A DNA stretch of 64,000 bases from Armatimonadota bacterium (GCA_023511915.1 JAIMAN010000002.1:13488-77487), one strand, 5' to 3'. Positions 28,344-35,688 are shown, counted from the first letter of the stretch. Translations and numbers: made by a program. The notes: generated from the letters alone by a model not told the origin.

Positions 28344-28468
28344 CCCCCCTCCTTTAGGTTCCCCCCGCTTCGCGAGGGGAACCGAGCGTAGCGCGTGGGG
28401 TTGCCCCGCTTCGCGAGGGGAACCGCGTTCGGTTCCCCCTGCCAGCAGGGGGAACCTTAAGGAGGGGG
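28344..28468 (-). repeat. GC-rich palindromic (REP/MITE-like) element, long copy with duplicated inner hairpin
   Basis: Terminal inverted repeats CCCCCCTCCTTTAGGTTCCCC ... GGGGAACCTTAAGGAGGGGG. Hairpins GGTTCCCCCTGC-ca-GCAGGGGGAACC and two copies of (G)GGTTxCCCCGCTTCGCGAGGGGAACC. The reverse complement aligns with 35570-35655. Confidence 0.8.
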
Positions 28469-28483
28469 TCGCGAAAACACATC

Positions 28484-29314
28484 TCAGCACCCATTCCCGA
28501 AGTTGAACAGCACTGTTAGCAGGTCGGCGTCGTCGATGATGCCGTCGCCGTTCAGGTCAGCGGGGAGGTTCGCGCCCGTCTCGCCGAAGGCGAACAGCGC
28601 GCTCAGCAGGTCGGCGTCGTCGGTGCAGCCGTCGCCGTTCACATCGCCCGCGACGCGATAGACCACCTGCAGCACGGGTCCGCGCCCGCCGCCGTCGTTG
28701 CGCGAGTAGAAGCGGTAGAAGCGCGTCCCGCCCTGACCCGCAGGGTCCAGACGCGACACGAAGCCGATGCCCAGTTCGCCGCCGTTCTGGTTGACCGCCG
28801 CGTTGAAGTACGGCTCGAACGCCTCCGCGTTCAGCGGGATGGGAATCGCGAACGGCGCGTCGGTGCGGTAGTTGGTCATCAGGCTCTCACCGAAGATCGT
28901 CGCGCCAGGGGAGGTGGTGTTTGTGTTGTAGCTCCAAGTCGCCTCTACGAAGCTGGTATCGCTCAGGTCGCGCGCCTCCAGCGGGAACTGCTCGCCTTCT
29001 GCGCGGGTGTAGCCAGGTGGTTGCGTCTGCACGACGGTAATCTGCGCCTGCAGCACCTGATACTGCCTGCCTGCGGGGATGCCCTGCAGACGCCACTTCG
29101 CCAGCGCGTAGGAGAACTCCGAACGCGGACGCGCGGGGTTAATCGGATCCACGGCGTCTTGCCCGTTGCCCCACACGCGCAGAATCGCCGTGAACCCCGC
29201 GTTGAAGGCGTTGTCGTAGAGCCACACATCGTCAGTGGGCTGCGCTTGATACACCTGCTGCGCCCACGCGCCTAAACTTAGGCTCAAACCCAGTAGCAAC
29301 GCTTGTCTTCGCAT
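28484..29314 (-). CDS. Secreted protein with C-terminal dockerin-type (EF-hand-like) repeats
   Basis: Signal peptide MRRQALLLGLSLSLGAWAQQ. C-terminus has GDVNGDGCTDDADLLSALFAFG and DLNGDGIIDDADLLTVLFNFG. Confidence 0.7.
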   Translation of the reverse strand: MRRQALLLGLSLSLGAWAQQVYQAQPTDDVWLYDNAFNAGFTAILRVWGNGQDAVDPINPARPRSEFSYALAKWRLQGIPAGRQYQVLQAQITVVQTQPPGYTRAEGEQFPLEARDLSDTSFVEATWSYNTNTTSPGATIFGESLMTNYRTDAPFAIPIPLNAEAFEPYFNAAVNQNGGELGIGFVSRLDPAGQGGTRFYRFYSRNDGGGRGPVLQVVYRVAGDVNGDGCTDDADLLSALFAFGETGANLPADLNGDGIIDDADLLTVLFNFGNGC

Positions 29315-29417
29315 AGCATGGGAATTGTAGGCAATCGGTCGGGGGGAATGCTACCCCTGAAGCGACAACTTTTTGCGCAGGGGCGACATCTGTTGTCGCC
29401 GCTTCGGGAGACAAGGG

Positions 29418-29423
29418 TATACT
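29418..29423 (+). promoter_or_regulatory. -10 box (GGGTATACT) 7 nt upstream of ATG 29431; probable leaderless transcript
   Basis: No SD lies between the box and the ATG. Confidence 0.45.
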
Positions 29424-29430
29424 TTTCACG

Positions 29431-29739
29431 ATGGGGACTGTAAGCGGGACGCTTGAGGCGATTCGGGAGCAGCTGGCGCACCACCGAGAGGCTTTGAAGC
29501 GACAGTTTCGCGTAGCGCGGCTGGCGGTGTTCGGCTCTTACGCCCGCGGAACGGCGCGCAAGCGCAGCGATGTCGATATTCTGGTCGAGTTCGAGCCAGA
29601 CGGGGTTACCTTCGATAACTACATGGATCTCAAATTCTACCTACAGCGCGTTTTGCGGCGACGTGTTGATCTGGTGATGGTGGACGCCGTGCGCCCTGAG
29701 TTGCGTCCAATCATCCTTCGCGAGGCTGTCGATGTCTAA
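29431..29739 (+). CDS. Minimal nucleotidyltransferase (MNT-type antitoxin of HEPN/MNT systems)
   Basis: The LAVFGSYARGTARKRSDVDILVEF motif (GS-x9-11-DxD) in a protein of about 100 aa. Confidence 0.75.
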   Translation: MGTVSGTLEAIREQLAHHREALKRQFRVARLAVFGSYARGTARKRSDVDILVEFEPDGVTFDNYMDLKFYLQRVLRRRVDLVMVDAVRPELRPIILREAVDV

Positions 29740-29770
29740 TTCGGAGAAGGATTATCGTCTCTACCTCTAG
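29732..29770 (+). pseudogene. Remnant of the partner HEPN/DUF86 toxin gene (12 codons then stop)
   Basis: An ATG overlapping the MNT stop (gATGtcTAA) encodes MSNSEKDYRLYL*. The D-x-x-LYL start is the usual DUF86 N-terminus, and downstream frames show no HEPN-like sequence. Confidence 0.4.
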
Positions 29771-29835
29771 CCCAAGTGAGTGTTATCCTGGAGGCGGAGT
29801 CGTAGGTTTCGCGCTGCGTCCACTTTAGAATGCAG

Positions 29836-29861
29836 AAGCCCCTCCGCAGGTGGAGGGGCTT
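29836..29861 (-). terminator. Hairpin downstream of the PEP-CTERM gene (candidate intrinsic terminator)
   Basis: AAGCCCCTCC-gcaggt-GGAGGGGCTT, a 10-bp perfect stem 34 nt after the minus-strand stop, followed on that strand by CTGCATTCT. Confidence 0.45.
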
Positions 29862-29894
29862 AGGTCAGGAGGAGAGGAGGGGAAGGATAGCGTC

Positions 29895-30929
29895 TTAGCG
29901 CGTGCGGCGGCGCAGGCGCAACAGCCCGACCAGACCCGTGCCCAGCGCCAGCAGGCTCGCAGGCTCAGGCACGACCTCGAACTGAATCTCTTGGAAGCCG
30001 CTGCCGAGGTTCGCTGTACCTGCGTAGCTGTCATGGTAGCCGTCCCAGCGGATGACATAATCCACGCGCACGGTCACGATGTCGCCGATATTGTAGGTGG
30101 AGAGGTCAAGCAGGTAGCTGTTGCTGACCGCGCCAATCCCTTTGGTCGCTGCGCCCTCGTTCACGGCGAAGGTGGTCAGCCCGCTGTTGCCCGACTGCAC
30201 GGTGGATGCGTTGATTTTGAAGTCCGCCAGCAGGTAGGCGTCGTCGCGGAAGGGCGAGTTAATCGCGCCGAAGTACGCGCCGCCCGCCACCTGCCCGCGA
30301 AACACCTGCGCGCCGACCACATTCCAGTTGATGGTGATGGTCGGGTTGAAGAACTTGTTGACTTGGATGCCGGGATTAACCGTATCGTCGTCGGGGATGC
30401 CCAGAATGTTGATGCTGGGCGACGCGCTCAGGCTCACGGCGGCGGCGTTGTTCGCCTGCGCGCGGGTGCGTGTGGTCAAGTCGCCGCCGAAGGCAGGCTT
30501 GTTCGAAAGCTGCTCCGTGCGAAAGAAGTGCCCCGACCCCACCCAAGTGGTGAAGGTTGCAACGCCGCTGGGGTTGTTGCCTGTCACACCGCCGAAGCGG
30601 TTAGAGGGCAACCGCCAGTAGCTGCCCGCAGCGGTACCGCCGTCGCCCGAGAAGCGCATCACGAGCCGCCCGAACGGGTCGCCGCTGCTGAACGCCGATA
30701 CATCGCGTCGCCAAGTCCAGCCGTTGCCTGTGCCCAACGTCGATGTATCGGTCAATCGCCACTCGGCGTTGGTGAACACGCCGCTGGTCGGACCCGAGTT
30801 CGTCTGGCTCACGCTGAAGTCCACATTCGACGGACCGTTGTTGTTGGACACCAGAAATTGCTGTCCGAGCGCAACAGAAATCGTGAGCGCGCTGCTCACG
30901 GTCAAGCTAAACCATCGATTCGTTCGCAT
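29895..30929 (-). CDS. PEP-CTERM sorting-domain protein
   Basis: Signal peptide, then C-terminal VPEPASLLALGTGLVGLLRLRRRTR (PEP motif, TM, basic tail). SD GAGAGGTGA. Confidence 0.8.
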   Translation of the reverse strand: MRTNRWFSLTVSSALTISVALGQQFLVSNNNGPSNVDFSVSQTNSGPTSGVFTNAEWRLTDTSTLGTGNGWTWRRDVSAFSSGDPFGRLVMRFSGDGGTAAGSYWRLPSNRFGGVTGNNPSGVATFTTWVGSGHFFRTEQLSNKPAFGGDLTTRTRAQANNAAAVSLSASPSINILGIPDDDTVNPGIQVNKFFNPTITINWNVVGAQVFRGQVAGGAYFGAINSPFRDDAYLLADFKINASTVQSGNSGLTTFAVNEGAATKGIGAVSNSYLLDLSTYNIGDIVTVRVDYVIRWDGYHDSYAGTANLGSGFQEIQFEVVPEPASLLALGTGLVGLLRLRRRTR

Positions 30930-31128
30930 AATTCACCTCTCGTTTCAGAGTGCGGAGCGCGTGTGCGCATCCAATCAATAGAGACTCCGCGCCGTCCCGA
31001 AAGCGGACAGTCAACCGACGGGTCAGGCGAAAACTTAACGGGAACTTAATGGGGGCGTGCCACGCGATGGATGGAGTGCAGAAGTACTGCTGCTTAAGCT
31101 TCCGCTGCCACACTCCGAAGGCGGTGGG

Positions 31129-31134
31129 TATAAT
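31129..31134 (+). promoter_or_regulatory. -10 box (GGGTATAAT) 9 nt upstream of argS ATG 31144; probable leaderless transcript
   Basis: Consensus TATAAT with no SD. It argues against the longer track ORF start at 31057. Confidence 0.5.
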
Positions 31135-31143
31135 TTGAGGTCT

Positions 31144-32838
31144 ATGATACGCCAGCAGTTAGCGGAGTGGGTTGTGCAGGCGGCGGATGCCGCGCAGGAG
31201 GCGGGCGAGTTGGCATTTGATGTGCTGCCAGCGTTCGAAATCGAGACGCCGCGCAACCCGCAGTTCGGCGACTACGCGGCGAACTTGGCGATGCTGTTAG
31301 CCAAGCAAGCGCGGCGCAACCCGCGCGAGGTCGCCGAAGCGATTCGCCAACGCCTGCCCGAAGACGCCTTCGCGTGGGTCGAGCGTGTAGAGGTCGCAGG
31401 CACGGGCTTCCTGAACTTCTACCTGAAGCCCGACTGGGCGGGCGCGGTCGTGCGCCACATCCTGCAACGCGGCACGCGGTACGGCGACCTGGCACTGGGC
31501 GCGGGCAAGCGCGTGCAAATCGAGTTCGTCAGCGCGAACCCGACAGGACCCCTCACGCTGGGGCACGGGCGCAACGCCGCCGTCGGCGACACGCTCGCAC
31601 GCCTGTACGCAGCGGCAGGCTACGCCGTCGAACGCGAGTTCTACATCAACGACGGCGAGAACTCCACGCAGATTCGCAACTTCGCGCTGTCGGTGCTGAC
31701 GCGCTACCGCCAACTGCTGGGCGAACCCGCCGAGATGCCCGAAGACGGCTACCACGGCGAGTATGTGAAGGAGATTGCGCAGGGCATCCGCGACCAGTAT
31801 GGCGATTCGTTCGCGCAGGGCGACCCCGAAACCGTGCTGAAACGGTTCGAGCAAATCGCCAAGCAGCAGATGCTGGAGGAGCAGGCGCGCGACTTGGCGG
31901 ACTTCGGCGTGCGCTTCGACCGCTGGTTCTCGGAGCAGAGCCTGTACGATTCGGGCGCAGTGCAGGCGACGCTGGAGATGCTTCGGGCGCGTGGCTACGC
32001 CTACGAACACGAGGGCGCACTGTGGCTCAAGTCCACCGCGTTCGGCGACGAGAAAGACCGCGTGCTGGTGCGGGCGAATGGGATGCCGACCTACCTCGCC
32101 GCCGATGTCGCCTACCATCGCGACAAGTTCGAGCGCGGCTACGACCTGATGATTGACCTGTGGGGCGCGGATCACCACGGCTATGTCGCCCGCATGAAGG
32201 CGGCGATGGCGGCGCTGGGCTACGACCCGAACCGCCTGCACATCCTGATTTACCAACTGGTGAACCTGTTTCGCGGGGCGGAGCCTGTGCGCATGTCCAA
32301 GCGGGCGGGCGAGTTTATTACCCTGCGCGAGGTGATGGACGAAATCGGCACAGACGCGCTGCGCTTTTTCTACCTGCTGCGCTCGCACGACAGCACGCTG
32401 GACATCGATATCGAACTGGCGCAGGAGCAGTCGGAGAAAAACCCCGTCTACTATGTGCAGTACGCGCACGCGCGGATCTGCAGCATTGAGCGCACGGCGG
32501 CAGAGCGGGGCGTCGCGCTGCCCGACCCTGAAACGACCGACCTGAGCGTGCTGACGCACCCTGCGGAAATCGCGCTGGTCAAGCGGCTGGCTGACCTGCC
32601 CGACGAGATTGCGCTGGCGGTGCGGCACGACGCGCCCCATCGGTTGACGGCATACGCGCTGGAGGTCGCGCGGGCGTTTCACGGCTTCTACACCGAGTGT
32701 CGCGTGCTGGGCGCGGAGCCTGCGCTTCAAGCGGCGCGTCTGCTGCTGACGCAAGCAACGCGGATTACACTCGCCCGCACGCTGGGGCTGCTGGGCGTCT
32801 CCGCACCCGAACGGATGGAACGCGCTGAGGAGTCATAA
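31144..32838 (+). CDS. argS: Arginine--tRNA ligase
   Basis: SANPTGPLTLGHGRN (HIGH-type) and MSKRAG (KMSKS-type) motifs, plus the anticodon-binding C-terminus. Confidence 0.95.
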   Translation: MIRQQLAEWVVQAADAAQEAGELAFDVLPAFEIETPRNPQFGDYAANLAMLLAKQARRNPREVAEAIRQRLPEDAFAWVERVEVAGTGFLNFYLKPDWAGAVVRHILQRGTRYGDLALGAGKRVQIEFVSANPTGPLTLGHGRNAAVGDTLARLYAAAGYAVEREFYINDGENSTQIRNFALSVLTRYRQLLGEPAEMPEDGYHGEYVKEIAQGIRDQYGDSFAQGDPETVLKRFEQIAKQQMLEEQARDLADFGVRFDRWFSEQSLYDSGAVQATLEMLRARGYAYEHEGALWLKSTAFGDEKDRVLVRANGMPTYLAADVAYHRDKFERGYDLMIDLWGADHHGYVARMKAAMAALGYDPNRLHILIYQLVNLFRGAEPVRMSKRAGEFITLREVMDEIGTDALRFFYLLRSHDSTLDIDIELAQEQSEKNPVYYVQYAHARICSIERTAAERGVALPDPETTDLSVLTHPAEIALVKRLADLPDEIALAVRHDAPHRLTAYALEVARAFHGFYTECRVLGAEPALQAARLLLTQATRITLARTLGLLGVSAPERMERAEES

Positions 32839-33975
32839 TCGCTCTAACGCCTGCGCCAAGTCCGCGATCAAGTCGTCGGGATGTTCGATGCCGACTGACA
32901 GGCGCACGAGGTTGTCCGTGATGCCGCGCTCCAGACGCTCCGCTTCGGTCAGCCCTTCGTGCGACATCGTGGCGGGGTAGCCAACCAGCGACTCCACTCC
33001 GCCGAGACTGCTGGCGAGGCTAAACAGCCGCAGGCTCTGGCAGAAGCGGTCTACCCCCGCGCGGTCGGTCTTGAGGGAGACGGCAATCATCCCGCCGAAG
33101 CCGCGCATCTGCCGCTTCGCCAACTCGTGCTGCGGGTGGTCGGGCAGACCGGGGTACAGCACGCGCGCCACCTTCGGATGCTCGGCGAGGAAGCGGGCGA
33201 CTCGCAGCGCGTTCTCGCAGTGGGCGCGCATGCGCACTGCGAGCGTCTTCATCCCGCGCAGCAGCAGCCAACTCTCGAACGGCGACAGCACCGCGCCGCC
33301 AATCGCCTGCTGGTCCCATAGTGGCTCGTACAAATCATCGCGATTGAACACCAGCGCGCCGCCCAGAATGTCGCTGTGCCCGCCCAGATACTTCGTGACG
33401 CTATGCACCACCACATCGACGCCCATCTCCAGCGGGTTCTGCAGGTACGGCGTGGCGAAGGTGTTGTCGATGACCACCAGCAGGTTATGCTGACGCCCCA
33501 GTTCGGCAAGCGCGGGGATGTCCAGCACATAGGTCAGCGGGTTGGTCGGCGATTCGAGCCACAGCATGCGCGTGTTCGGCTGGATGGCGGCGGCGGCAGC
33601 GTCCAAGTCGAGCAGGTTCGCATACGAGACGCTGACGCCCCGCTGCGGCGCGAGGTGCTTCCACATCGAGATTGTGCCGCCGTACACATCGCGCGTGCAG
33701 ACCACATGGTCGCCTGGGCGCAGCAGCCCCAGCAGCGCGACTTCCGCCGCCATGCCCGACGCGAACAGCAACCCGTAGCGGGCGTTCTCCAGCGCGGCGA
33801 GGCACTGCTCCACCGCTGCGCGTGTCGGGTTCGACACCCGCGAGTACGAGTAGCCCTCCTGTTGGTCAATCGAGTGTCGCTGGAAGTTGCTGGTGGCGTA
33901 GATCGGCGGGATAATCGCGCCTGTGGCGGGATCTGGCTCCTGTCCTACCCGAATGGCTCGCGTTTCAAAGTGCAT
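32833..33975 (-). CDS. Cys/Met metabolism PLP-dependent enzyme (cystathionine gamma-synthase/lyase family)
   Basis: PLP-lysine motif SVTKYLGGHSD and N-terminal ETRAIRVGQEPD. Start at ATG 33975. The 3' end overlaps the argS stop by 6 nt (convergent). Confidence 0.85.
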   Translation of the reverse strand: MHFETRAIRVGQEPDPATGAIIPPIYATSNFQRHSIDQQEGYSYSRVSNPTRAAVEQCLAALENARYGLLFASGMAAEVALLGLLRPGDHVVCTRDVYGGTISMWKHLAPQRGVSVSYANLLDLDAAAAAIQPNTRMLWLESPTNPLTYVLDIPALAELGRQHNLLVVIDNTFATPYLQNPLEMGVDVVVHSVTKYLGGHSDILGGALVFNRDDLYEPLWDQQAIGGAVLSPFESWLLLRGMKTLAVRMRAHCENALRVARFLAEHPKVARVLYPGLPDHPQHELAKRQMRGFGGMIAVSLKTDRAGVDRFCQSLRLFSLASSLGGVESLVGYPATMSHEGLTEAERLERGITDNLVRLSVGIEHPDDLIADLAQALERL

Positions 33976-33995
33976 ATCGGCTCGCTCCCGCTGCA

Positions 33996-34001
33996 AGTAT
34001 A
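33996..34001 (-). promoter_or_regulatory. -10 box (GGTATACT) for the cystathionine-family gene, just after the fliP stop
   Basis: Minus-strand sequence is GGTATACTtgcagcGGGAGCGAGccgatATG. This implies the downstream gene is transcribed independently of fliP. Confidence 0.4.
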
Positions 34002-34004
34002 CCT

Positions 34005-34757
34005 TCAGCGGAAGCCCTGCACCAACGCCTGCGCCAACACATTCCAGCCGTTTGCCAGCGTGAACACCAGCAACTTCGCAGGCAGCGAGACCACTACGGG
34101 CGGGAGCATCATCATGCCCATCGACAGCAGGATGCTCGCCACGATGAGGTCAATCACCAGGAACGGGATGTAGATGTAGAAGCCGATGATGAACGCCGTC
34201 TTGAGTTCGCTGAGCATGAAGGCAGGAATAAGCGTGGTCAGCGGCAGGTCGTCGGCGGTGCGGGGCGGCGGCTGCTTGCTCAAGCGGATGAACAGGTTCA
34301 GGTCTTCCGTGTAGGTCTGGCGGAGCATGAAGGCGCGGATGGGCTTCTCGGCGCGTTCTAACGCCTGCGGGAAGGTGATTTGCTGGCGCATGTAGGGCTG
34401 CAAGGCGGTGCGGTTGATTTCGTCCAGCGTGGGCGCCATCACATAGAAGGTCAGGAACAGGCTCAGCCCGATAATTACGGGCGTGGGCGGGATGTTCGGC
34501 GTGCCGAGCGCGCTCTTGAGGAACGACAGAACAATCACGATGCGCGTGAACGCGGTCATCATCAGCAGGATGGACGGCGCGACCGACAGCAGGGTGAGGA
34601 TAGCGAGGATTTGCAGCGAGGTGGAGACCTCCTGCGGGGTGCGCGCCGTGCCGACTTCCACGCTCACGCGGGGCAAGGGAACGGTCTCTTGCGCGAGGGC
34701 TGGCAGCCAGAGAACAAAGAGAAGCAATAGCGCAAGCAGGCGCACCCTACCAATCAA
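34005..34757 (-). CDS. fliP: Flagellar/T3SS export apparatus protein FliP
   Basis: LIPAFMLSELKTAFIIGFYIYIPFLVIDLIVASILLSMGMMMLPP and PPTPVIIGLSLFLTFYVM. Start placed at TTG 34757 (alternative GTG 34745) just before the signal peptide RVRLLALLLLFVLWLPALAQE. The track ORF extends to ATG 34988 through a hairpin array. Confidence 0.85.
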   Translation of the reverse strand: MIGRVRLLALLLLFVLWLPALAQETVPLPRVSVEVGTARTPQEVSTSLQILAILTLLSVAPSILLMMTAFTRIVIVLSFLKSALGTPNIPPTPVIIGLSLFLTFYVMAPTLDEINRTALQPYMRQQITFPQALERAEKPIRAFMLRQTYTEDLNLFIRLSKQPPPRTADDLPLTTLIPAFMLSELKTAFIIGFYIYIPFLVIDLIVASILLSMGMMMLPPVVVSLPAKLLVFTLANGWNVLAQALVQGFR

Positions 34758-34775
34758 CGATTGACACGGTTTACT

Positions 34776-34965
34776 CTCGCCCCCTGTGTTCCCCTCTCTC
34801 GCGAGCGGGCGAGGGGAATTATGGAGTGCGGAAGCGAAGCTTCCGCCCGACGCTGAAGCTGACGCTTCAGCACTCCAAACAGATCGGCGTGCGAGCGAGG
34901 GCGAACCGCCGTTCGCCCCTACGCTCCCTTCCCTATTCGTGGGAGAGGGACTGGGGGTAAGGGCT
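34776..34965. repeat. Array of five distinct GC-rich hairpins between fliO and the fliP signal peptide
   Basis: TTCCCCTC..GAGGGGAA (34789-34818), GCGGAAGC-gaa-GCTTCCGC (34828-34846), GCTGAAGC-tgac-GCTTCAGC (34852-34871), AGGGCGAAC-cgcc-GTTCGCCCCT (34898-34920) and TCCCTTCCC..GGGAGAGGGA (34925-34950), followed by CTGGGGGTAAGGGC. Confidence 0.75.
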
Positions 34966-34984
34966 ACTCCAGTTGCCGTTGCAC

Positions 34985-35686
34985 TCATCGTTCGCCTCCC
35001 AGCAGGTTTTGCAGTTGTGCGCGGGTCTGTCGGAGGCGCGTTTGCACCTGCGCGGCGGCTTCCTGCTGCAGGTCGGGGGGCGGGGCGGCGGGGCGGGCGT
35101 TGCGGAGAACCTGCTCGAACGCGCTTTCGGCGACTGGCGCGGGTTCAGGCTTCGGCAGCGTGTCGGTCAGGTCTGCCAGCAGGTGCATGCCTTGCGGGGT
35201 CGCGCCAATCAGCAGCAGTTTGTCGCGCGCCTTGACCAGCATTAGGCTGCCGCCGACCGCGCTGCGCGTCTCGATAATCCGTATCTGCCCGTCGACGGGT
35301 GAGCCGTCGCCTGTTTTGCCTGCCCAGCGCAGCAGGCGGGGCAGCCCCCAGCGCAAGCCGACCGCCACAATCAGCAGGGCGACCCCCAACTGCGCCCAGC
35401 CCGTCGAGGAGGCGTCGGGCGACGCCACGCGCTGAATAGGCGCGCCTGTGCGCGTGCCGAACGCCCCAGGCGCAAGCGCGTCGGGCGACTCTTGCGCCCA
35501 AGTTGCGGAAATTGCCGTTGCGACGCCAACGACCAAAGCACACTTCGCAAGGACGCGGGTGATGGAGAACCCCCTCCTTAAGGTTCCCCCTGCGAGCAGG
35601 GGGAACCGAACGGGTGGTTCCCCTCGCGAAGCGGGGGGAACCTGCAGGAGGGGGGTCAACAGTCGTCTATCGAACAGGCGTCTCAT
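34985..35686 (-). CDS. fliO: FliO-like flagellar export protein (start uncertain)
   Basis: Sits between fliN and fliP. Single TM (LGVALLIVAVGLRWGL) followed by IRIIETRSAVGGSLMLVKARDKLLLIGATPQGMHLLADL, the FliO core pattern. The first roughly 45 codons after ATG 35686 are encoded by the palindromic repeat. Confidence 0.6.
   Translation of the reverse strand: MRRLFDRRLLTPLLQVPPASRGEPPVRFPLLAGGTLRRGFSITRVLAKCALVVGVATAISATWAQESPDALAPGAFGTRTGAPIQRVASPDASSTGWAQLGVALLIVAVGLRWGLPRLLRWAGKTGDGSPVDGQIRIIETRSAVGGSLMLVKARDKLLLIGATPQGMHLLADLTDTLPKPEPAPVAESAFEQVLRNARPAAPPPDLQQEAAAQVQTRLRQTRAQLQNLLGGER
35570..35655 (+). repeat. GC-rich palindromic (REP/MITE-like) element, short copy
   Basis: CCCCCTCCTTAAGGTTCCCCCTGC-ga-GCAGGGGGAACCgaacgggtGGTTCCCCTCGCGAAGCGGGGGGAACCTGCAGGAGGGGGG. 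Two hairpins are flanked by inverted CCCCCTCCT/AGGAGGGGG termini. Confidence 0.8.
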
Positions 35687-35688
35687 GG

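Noticed and set aside
28344-28468. Possible CRISPR array
   Set aside because: It has only two to three hairpin units with no regular unique spacers, and it has terminal inverted repeats. Related copies occur singly at 35570 and 10241. No cas genes are in the window.
28290-28506. Short ORFs 28290-28490 (-), 28309-28506 (+) and 35614-36294 (+)
   Set aside because: They are read through the palindromic repeat elements (PLLAGGTERGSPREAG-type peptides) or are antisense to fliN. The same sequence translates on both strands, which is a repeat artefact.
29850-31049. 399-aa plus-strand ORF
   Set aside because: It is antisense to the PEP-CTERM protein gene, which has a signal peptide, SD and a canonical C-terminal sorting signal.
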